Position numbers and translations under genes: made by a program. A stretch of 42,980 bases of DNA from assembly GCA_045121315.1 (NCBI GenBank), contig JBGVFW010000281.1:1-42980 (forward strand), written 5' to 3'. This stretch comes from Eubacteriales bacterium (lineage in GTDB: Bacteria > Bacillota > Clostridia > Oscillospirales > CAG-272). Below, in pieces: positions 32,538-40,000 of the stretch; positions within the stretch are counted from its first letter, which is position 1; each line of letters starts with the position of its first letter. The notes beneath the pieces are model-generated. The model was given only the letters and a program-made list of their open reading frames with translations. It ran no database searches and was not told the DNA's origin.

Positions 32538-32978
32538 ATGGAACGAGAGAGAAAAACCGAAAAATTATTATTAAGACTCACACCGACGGAAAAAAGAAAT
32601 ATCGATTATCACGCCCAACTGATGAATGTGTCGGTCAACCAATATATCTCATTGTTAATTCGCAGAAAGAGAATTGTGATTTGCGAGAATATTCCCGAAT
32701 TGATTTACCAAATTCAAAAAATCGGAAATAACATCAATCAAATCGCGGCTGTCGCGAACACAAATCAATATATTTCAATCAACAATGTTTCAGAGGTCGA
32801 GCGGTTAATGAAAGAATGCTACAATCTGCTGAACGGTTTTATAGATTTCATTTCCGAACCCGAAAAAAACTATTTACAAAACGATACGTCAAAAATATCC
32901 GATCAGCTTGAAAGTATATTTTCCTCCATTCAAATGATAAATAAGCAAATTGCAGAAATCAGAGAACAAAACGGATAG
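32538..32978 (+). CDS. mobC: MobC-family relaxosome accessory protein
   Basis: RHH-like LRLTPTEKRNIDYHAQLMNVSVNQYI and IGNNINQIAAVAN motif. SD GGAGG. Confidence 0.85.
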   Translation: MERERKTEKLLLRLTPTEKRNIDYHAQLMNVSVNQYISLLIRRKRIVICENIPELIYQIQKIGNNINQIAAVANTNQYISINNVSEVERLMKECYNLLNGFIDFISEPEKNYLQNDTSKISDQLESIFSSIQMINKQIAEIREQNG

Positions 32979-32987
32979 CGTGATACT

Positions 32988-34793
32988 ATGGCAATCGTAA
33001 AAACCATTTCACCGAAAATCAAAACACAGGCGCATTTATGCGAAGCGCTCGCCTATATTACCCAAGAGAAAAAAGCAAGCTCCGTCTATTATTACCGGTG
33101 CCGGAATTATGACGGTATTGAACAGGTTGCGCGGGATTTTCAATCCACAAGGATTGCCTGTAACCAAAACAAAGGTATTCTTGCTTCTCACATTTGTCAA
33201 TCATTTTCTCCAGAGGATAAAGTCACACCTGAGCTTGCTCATAAAATGGGTATTGCAATGATAAAACGCTGTTTCCCTGATTATCAAGTAGTCTTAGCAA
33301 CTCACGCAGACAGAGAACATATTCACAATCATTTTATTCTTAATTCCGTAAGCGTCTTAGATGGCAAAAAATTTTATGAAAACAAATCCACACTTCGACA
33401 AATCCGAAAAGTCTCAGACGAACTTTGTTACAAAAATGATTTAAGCGTTATCGAAAGTGATAACGTGACAAAGTACGCTCCGCTTGACCAAGCGACGTTA
33501 AATGCCGCCAAGCGAGGGCATAGTTGGAAACTGCGATTAGTGAAAGATTTGGATAAGGCGCTTGAAGATTGTCAAAGCAAAAATGAATTCATCAATTATT
33601 TTCAAACGCACGGTTATGAAATCAAATTTACAAATAAAAACATTACGTTCAGAAAAAACGGAGAGAAAAAAGGAATCCGCGCCGATACGTTAGCCAAACA
33701 ATTCGGTCAAAAGTATTCTAAGGCAAGCATTGAAAAAAGACTGAACATTTCAAATTCAGAAAACATAAATCCGAAAGCGCACAATTCAGAATCAAGCGGC
33801 AGAAAATTTCAAATACCAAGTTACGATTACTACAATCAGCTCGCTGCGATTAATTGGAAACGGTATGAAAAGAAATATGCTGATAAAATCCGCGTAACTG
33901 ACAAACGGCTCGGCAGTCCCAACCTTTTCACAAAAAATCCTTTCCTGTTTTCGCTTCGGCTGATTAGATTCATTCTTAATCAAAAAAACAAAAACCGCTA
34001 TAACCAAAAGAGAAGAATTAAATCTTATTCGACCACTTATCAGGCTCGGTCTTTTGTTGATTACAAGCGCGGCAAAAAGATTTTGGAAAATGTTCCGTAC
34101 AAAGAAATCGTCAATACCTTTGGCGAAAGCGTTCAGATCAAATTGTACGCGTGGCAGATCACACACTTGATAAATAATAATATTCTTCTTTCAAGTCGTA
34201 TTGATTTGAAAACGGGTACGGCGGTTGTCACATTGAAACAATCAGACCTTCCGAGAGTGTCTGCAATTCTCGGTGTTCCTTGTGAAAACTTTATGGCACA
34301 AGCGGAACAAATGAAAAACAGAAGAATAACCGCCGAACTAAAAAAGAAGAATCTGAAACTGAGCTATCTTTTAATTTCTCCGGAACAGGCAGCAGCACTG
34401 CGAGAGCATTGTATTACATTTGCAAGTTATCCAAAAGGCGACAAGCTCAATGTCGCTTTTGCACCGGAGGATAAAGAAAAAGTCCTGAATGTCCTTTATC
34501 CCAACAGAGAAGAAAAGAAAGTGAACAAGGAAACATTCTTCAAGCGTAACGCGATAATTAACCAAAAGCTCAAACGGATTTCTTCTGAAACAGGCGAAAA
34601 GCTCTGTTACAAAATTGTATTGTCAAATCAATATAAATTGCTTAGAACAACCACATTGGAATTTGCTGTGTTCCGAACGGACGACGGTAAGTACAATGTG
34701 GTTTTTTTAGAATCACAAAAAGCTGCTATTGAAAAAGCGTTAGGAGCCTTTACTCCAAAAGCACCTAACGCCAATCAAAATATGAAATTGTAA
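32988..34793 (+). CDS. Relaxase (MobA/VirD2-type relaxase/mobilisation nuclease domain)
   Basis: His triad ATHADREHIHNHFILNSV. 601 aa. The C-terminal third contains three roughly 45-aa repeats. Confidence 0.9.
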   Translation: MAIVKTISPKIKTQAHLCEALAYITQEKKASSVYYYRCRNYDGIEQVARDFQSTRIACNQNKGILASHICQSFSPEDKVTPELAHKMGIAMIKRCFPDYQVVLATHADREHIHNHFILNSVSVLDGKKFYENKSTLRQIRKVSDELCYKNDLSVIESDNVTKYAPLDQATLNAAKRGHSWKLRLVKDLDKALEDCQSKNEFINYFQTHGYEIKFTNKNITFRKNGEKKGIRADTLAKQFGQKYSKASIEKRLNISNSENINPKAHNSESSGRKFQIPSYDYYNQLAAINWKRYEKKYADKIRVTDKRLGSPNLFTKNPFLFSLRLIRFILNQKNKNRYNQKRRIKSYSTTYQARSFVDYKRGKKILENVPYKEIVNTFGESVQIKLYAWQITHLINNNILLSSRIDLKTGTAVVTLKQSDLPRVSAILGVPCENFMAQAEQMKNRRITAELKKKNLKLSYLLISPEQAAALREHCITFASYPKGDKLNVAFAPEDKEKVLNVLYPNREEKKVNKETFFKRNAIINQKLKRISSETGEKLCYKIVLSNQYKLLRTTTLEFAVFRTDDGKYNVVFLESQKAAIEKALGAFTPKAPNANQNMKL

Positions 34794-34805
34794 GGTGGTG
34801 AAAAT

Positions 34806-34922
34806 ATGAACGAGAAGTCTTTTGAAAAAGAAATGGGTGTAACGTTTTCGGACAGCCTTCCGAACGGACAGCCGGAAGAAGAAATAATCTTTGATTGGAA
34901 CGGAGAGGAACTGAGTGAGTAA
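34806..34922 (+). CDS. Possible small acidic ORF (38 aa), below the track cutoff
   Basis: ATG 34806 with SD AAGGTGG 7-8 nt upstream. Encodes MNEKSFEKEMGVTFSDSLPNGQPEEEIIFDWNGEELSE. Overlaps the ArdC-like start. Confidence 0.3.
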   Translation: MNEKSFEKEMGVTFSDSLPNGQPEEEIIFDWNGEELSE

Positions 34923-36069
34923 GCTGAATAAAATGCGCGAGCAGATAGCCAATCAATTTATCGCTGCGCTGCAACAAGAAAGAATCCCGTGGCACCAAGA
35001 TTGGCAGGATACTTCCATGCCGCGCAATGCTGTAACCGGTAGAAGTTACAGAGGACTCAACTATTTTTGGTTAGCCATCATTTCACTGGACAGAGGGTAT
35101 CACGATCCGCGTTGGTGCACCTTTAATCAGGCTAAAGACAAAGGATGGAAAATTCGCAAAGGTGAGAAGGGTACGCGCGTTGAGTTTTGGACAATGTATG
35201 ATGTCAAAACCAAGAAGAAGCTCACGCCTTCTCAGGTACAGAAGCTGAGAGATACACTTGATCCGGTTGATTTTCACGACCGGATAAAGCCGATCTCCAA
35301 TGTGTTTACCGTTTTTAACGCGGCGCAGATCGACGGTATTACCGAACTTAAAGAGCAGCCACGCCAGAGGTTCAGCACAGCAGAGCTTATTGAAGCGCGT
35401 GACACGTTGTTAAAAAACATGGAGTTGGGCTTTCAAGAAGGTGGAAACAGTGCCTGTTACCGTCCGTCCGGCGATTACATTCGTATGCCACAGATAGAAA
35501 TGTTTGACGGTGCGTATAGCTATATGTCAACCTTCCTGCATGAAGCCGGACACGCTACGGGCGCAGCGAAACGTCTGAACCGTAATCTGTCTGGCGGTTT
35601 TGGAAGCGAGAGCTATGCCAAAGAAGAACTCAGAGCAGAAATCGCGTCAGCGTTCACAGCATGTGCGACCGGCATAAACTATGAGCAGTCACCTACAATG
35701 GAAAACCATGCTGCTTACATTCAGAACTGGATAAAGGTGTTGCAGGACAATCCCAACGAGCTTTTCGCGGCGATTAAAGACGCGGAGAAAATTTCCGATT
35801 ATCTCTTGGAAAAGGGCGAGTTTATCGTCAATGAACCGCCGGAACTTGACAACTCAGAGATTGATGCCGTGGAGCCAACAGAAGAAGGGTTTCACTACCG
35901 TGAAATATCTTTTGAGGATTTTAACAAACTGCGTGATGCAGGCTTTGATGTTGCAAGTAACTGCCGTCAGAGTACAAATCAGCCGGATATAGTTATTCTC
36001 CGATACACCGAACAGCAGTCAGCAGAGATAAATGCTGTTCTGCAACCGGTTAATGCTATGAAACGATAG
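34915..36069 (+). CDS. ardC: ArdC-like protein (ssDNA-binding N-domain + zincin metalloprotease domain)
   Basis: N-terminus QFIAALQQERIPWHQDW...RGLNYFWL and HExxH FLHEAGHATG. The start may be ATG 34933 rather than GTG 34915. Confidence 0.85.
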   Translation: MSKLNKMREQIANQFIAALQQERIPWHQDWQDTSMPRNAVTGRSYRGLNYFWLAIISLDRGYHDPRWCTFNQAKDKGWKIRKGEKGTRVEFWTMYDVKTKKKLTPSQVQKLRDTLDPVDFHDRIKPISNVFTVFNAAQIDGITELKEQPRQRFSTAELIEARDTLLKNMELGFQEGGNSACYRPSGDYIRMPQIEMFDGAYSYMSTFLHEAGHATGAAKRLNRNLSGGFGSESYAKEELRAEIASAFTACATGINYEQSPTMENHAAYIQNWIKVLQDNPNELFAAIKDAEKISDYLLEKGEFIVNEPPELDNSEIDAVEPTEEGFHYREISFEDFNKLRDAGFDVASNCRQSTNQPDIVILRYTEQQSAEINAVLQPVNAMKR

Positions 36070-36079
36070 GAGAAAAAAC

Positions 36080-36313
36080 ATGGAACTGATTCAAATACAA
36101 AGAGAGCCTACGGTGTGTTTACATTGTCAAAATTTATCTGGCAACGACGAGTATGAGTTTGGTGCTGACTTCACGTATGTAGAGCATAATGACTTGTTCT
36201 ATATCAGAAAGGACAAAGCAACTAACTCTTTTGACCTTGTGGTAGAAAAAGATAAAACAGACACTTCCTGCCGCATTTACTTCTGCCCGATTTGTGGCAG
36301 AAAACTTGTGTAA
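36080..36313 (+). CDS. Small zinc-ribbon protein, unknown function
   Basis: CLHC...CPICGRKL. SD TAGGAGA upstream. Confidence 0.5.
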   Translation: MELIQIQREPTVCLHCQNLSGNDEYEFGADFTYVEHNDLFYIRKDKATNSFDLVVEKDKTDTSCRIYFCPICGRKLV

Positions 36314-36326
36314 TGTGAAATTGATA

Positions 36327-36360
36327 AAACGTCCTTTGTTGTATTGAACAAAGGACGTTT
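36327..36360. terminator. Bidirectional terminator between convergent genes
   Basis: Perfect 14-bp stem AAACGTCCTTTGTT-gtattg-AACAAAGGACGTTT. Confidence 0.7.
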
Positions 36361-36363
36361 ATA

Positions 36364-36639
36364 TCAAAAATCAAGGTCGGAATGTGTACCGGTACGGATA
36401 AGGAGTAAAATCAGCTCGTCTTTTTGAATCTCATACACTAACAACCAATCCGGCTCAATGTGACATTCGCGGCAACCAACATAGTTGCCCGTCAGAGCGT
36501 GATCACGGTTTTTTGGCGGTAAGGCAATTCCGTTGGCGAGCTGTTCGACAACTGACCATAGCTTTTCCTCGTCATAACCGCGTTTGGAGATTTGCTTCAA
36601 ATCCTTTTTGAATCTATTATGAACTCTAATTTTCAGCAT
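36364..36639 (-). CDS. yafQ: YafQ-family (RelE/ParE superfamily) type II toxin
   Basis: KNRDHALTGNYVGCRECHIEPDWLLVYEI...RTGTHSDL closely follows the YafQ pattern. Confidence 0.9.
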   Translation of the reverse strand: MLKIRVHNRFKKDLKQISKRGYDEEKLWSVVEQLANGIALPPKNRDHALTGNYVGCRECHIEPDWLLVYEIQKDELILLLIRTGTHSDLDF

Positions 36640-36892
36640 GAAGCGCCTCTCTCAACTCAGCCACGGAATTGTAGGGTTCACTTAAATTGATTCCGTTATG
36701 TGCTTCAAAAATAGCTTGTTCGGTTTCCGCATTATATCTTGACTGACGAACCATAAACGGAATACCTCCAAATGCAATAGCCTGACGCAAAAATATATTC
36801 ATTGCCGTACTCATGTCCAATCCGAGAGAAGCAAAAAGCTCCTGTGCCTGTGTTTTGACTTCATCGTCTACTCGAATATTTATATTCGCCAT
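36626..36892 (-). CDS. dinJ: DinJ/RelB-family antitoxin
   Basis: Start at ATG 36892 (SD AAAGGAG). MANINIRVDDEVKTQAQELFASLGLDMSTAMNIFLRQ. Overlaps the toxin start. Confidence 0.85.
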   Translation of the reverse strand: MANINIRVDDEVKTQAQELFASLGLDMSTAMNIFLRQAIAFGGIPFMVRQSRYNAETEQAIFEAHNGINLSEPYNSVAELREALHAEN

Positions 36893-36914
36893 ATTAGCAT
36901 CTCCTTTCATCATT

Positions 36915-36943
36915 ATTATATCACGATATGTGCACAATGTCAA
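36915..36943 (-). promoter_or_regulatory. Consensus promoter of dinJ-yafQ
   Basis: On the minus strand: TTGACA, 17 nt, TATAAT. Confidence 0.6.
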
Positions 36944-36972
36944 CACAATAAACATATTGATATTCTGTTTCA

Positions 36973-36989
36973 GTGGACAAATTGTCCGC
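36973..36989. repeat. Palindrome copy 17, GTGGACAAATTGTCCGC (16/17)
   Basis: Lies 29 nt upstream of the -35 of the dinJ-yafQ promoter, in the divergent region before the giant ORF. Confidence 0.85.
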
Positions 36990-37076
36990 TTTTTCTTTTT
37001 TCAGAGGTGAGTCCAATGTAGAGAAAAAACAATCATTTGGAAACAATTATTCATGAATTTAAGGAGAACTGTACCT

Positions 37077-40000
37077 ATGAATGAAAAATACCTTAAATTA
37101 ACAAAACAATTCAACGATACCGTTTCTCAGCTCTCTCAATCGCCTGCTGAGTTTAACCGGTTCTTGAGGGTAGCTGCTTTTAATTATCGCTTGACCTTTC
37201 AAAATGCTGTCTTGGCATACGCGCAAGACACCGGTTCTGATTTGCTGCTGACTTATGAACAGTGGCAATCGTACAGACGGGTTCCAAAAAGGCATACAAA
37301 AGCGACTTTACTTTTTGATGTCAACCACCGTGGAAGATATGTTGTGACGTTTCCAATGTCGCGAACGGTTGTGGACAAACGCATCCACCGTTACAGAGAG
37401 CTGCGTCTCTTTGATTACAGAAATGATGCTGCGGTTGTGGAAGCTCTGAAAGCTGTCTTTCAGACGGACGCGGATAATCTGGCTGAGATCCTCTATGCCG
37501 AAAATCTCAAGAGATTTGAGAGTAATTTTGACGAAGCATATCCGGCGTTTGAGAATGAGACTGATTTTTTGGCTAAAGCAGTTACCAATATGCTTATGTG
37601 CCGTTTCGGAGAAGAAATGCCTTATAAGACCTTTTCTTTCTCTGATGGTATCAACAGGGATAATATCGAGCACATCTATCAAATGGTGATTGATGTTTTT
37701 CGCGCAGAGTATGCCGAAATTGTGACCGCTCTCCCTGCCGAGTTGGAAAAAGCGCGTGAGCAAAAGGAAGATAATGACCTGTCTTTTGATGTCACAGGCA
37801 AACAGGACGTTATCAGTCTTTTCAAAGAAAAAACCAACGAGCTTTTTCACAGCATAGACGGTCTATCCCCTTCTGAAATTGAGCAGATAGTCAGAGAGTA
37901 TGCCGAAAGCATATTTGCCGAAAACGAGATTTCAGCAGAGATTGTCGGAATAGCTGTCAGCGGTTCCCGTTGCCGCGCTTTAGAACACAACGGCTCCGAT
38001 TTGGACGTTGTGATTGAGGTGCAGTCGGATACAAAGGAAACAGCTCTTTTCAATCTGCTTAATGAGCACGCTTTTGAAATCGGCGGCGTTCGGGTTGATA
38101 TTAACCCGATTAAGGCTGATGAAACAGGAACGCTCAGCGAGTATTTGCCTACAGTGGAAAAATATTTGAATCAAATAGAAATCCTTGATTATGGCAAATA
38201 TATCATTGACAGCAGCTCGGTGTTTCATGCAAAAAGAGGAAGTATCTACACCATACCGATTGATACTTCTCCTAATCTTCGGCGCAGGCTTGAAAAAGTC
38301 GGGCTTGTACCAAGAGACGAAATGACAGACGTTGTGTTTGAAAGCGATAACGGTTCTTGGAATAAACTGATTATCCCCGACCGCTACGGCAACAAAACCA
38401 ACAGCATTGATATTTCCGACGTTTTATCACAAGGAGAAATGTCTGTTGCACAAAAGATACTGAACGATGTTATCGAGCGCGAACAGTCGATTGAAAAAGC
38501 GAAACAAAACATAAACAAAGATGATATTGAAATACTTCAAACATTAGAGCCGAGAAAAAGCGTCTTGAATTTCTCTCAGGACGAGCTTGCGCGGACTTCT
38601 GTCTGGAGTGAACGGTTTGCGGCTGACATAGGCAAAAAATCGCCGTTTTACAGATCAGAAAACGGCGAGTGGCGTGACCGCGATGAAAGTAAGAGCCAAA
38701 TCATAACAGTCGAAGCTGTTGAGACGGATTTTCAGAGTGTCCGTAATGACATTAAGGCTCAGAAAATCAAGAGAGGAATAACCGTAAATAAAGATACGCT
38801 TTGGAGTATTCAGATAAGTCGCAAGGGGCTTGAAGATAGTGTAAAATATGGCTTTAATCATAAAAACGGAAACATTTACAGTCTATTGTATGCTATTCAA
38901 AATATTGTTGCCAATAGCGTTCTTTTGGATAGTAATATTTCTGAAAATAACAATAACAATAAAGCCTATAACACGGCGTTCATGCACAAGCTCTACGCTA
39001 TTTGCAGAATCGGCGACCAACCTGTTTTGGCAAAGCTGACCGTAGAAGAATTTCTTGACGGCAAAGGCTCTACGCTAAAGAGAATGTACAATCTGCAAGA
39101 CATAAAAACGGAACCGCTCAGGCACATAGAGTTCACTGATAATCAGTTAGCTCGCTCAGTCCTGAACGGTTCTGAAATAAGTGTAGCAGATTTATTCAGG
39201 GTTGTCAAGGCGTTAGATAAAGACTTTTATCTAAACAAACAGCCGCATGAACAAGCAAAGGTGTTTCAGGTTATCACCAATGCAGGCGATGACGGCGGCT
39301 ACGATGAAAAACCGGAACACGGCACTCTTGATGAAGCGATTCAGGCAGGAAATCAGTATATAGCCGACGGTTATATTGGTTTTAGTGTTTACAATGAGGA
39401 GACGAAGCGGATTGAGTATGTTTCCGGTCAATTTGACGTAGAGAGCGCTTATTCCGCTGAAATCCTCGAAATCAATCAAATACCGGTTCCGTCTGATTTG
39501 AATAATCAGTATGTGCAAGGTGATACCAATTTTAATATTTTTGATGAAGAAGCTGAAAGAAAAAAATATCCGTTTTTTGGACACAGCGAAATAGTCAATG
39601 AAATGTTATCGGCTACACCTTATCTCAAAGCTAATCTTGACGAGATTCGTGCGTACTTTGAATCGGAAACAGATGCGGTTGTCAGACAACAGTATATCCG
39701 TGGTGTTTTCAACGATGATTTTTCCGAAGTAATTCTATCTGATGGAACACGCGTAGGATATAAAACCTATGAAAACGGATTGCTGATTTGGAAAGGTCGC
39801 TATCCAAATCGTGAAGGACAGCGTTTTTTGCATTGGGACAACGTTGTGGGACATTTTGATGCTATGCGTATGCTCGGAATGTTACACAATGGTGCTTTTG
39901 CAAATGATATGCATAATGGGCAGCTGACGTTGGTGCAAGGCATAAACGACGAACCTGAGAAAGCGTTTACTTTTTCTCAGGAAGTAATCGACAAGGCTCT

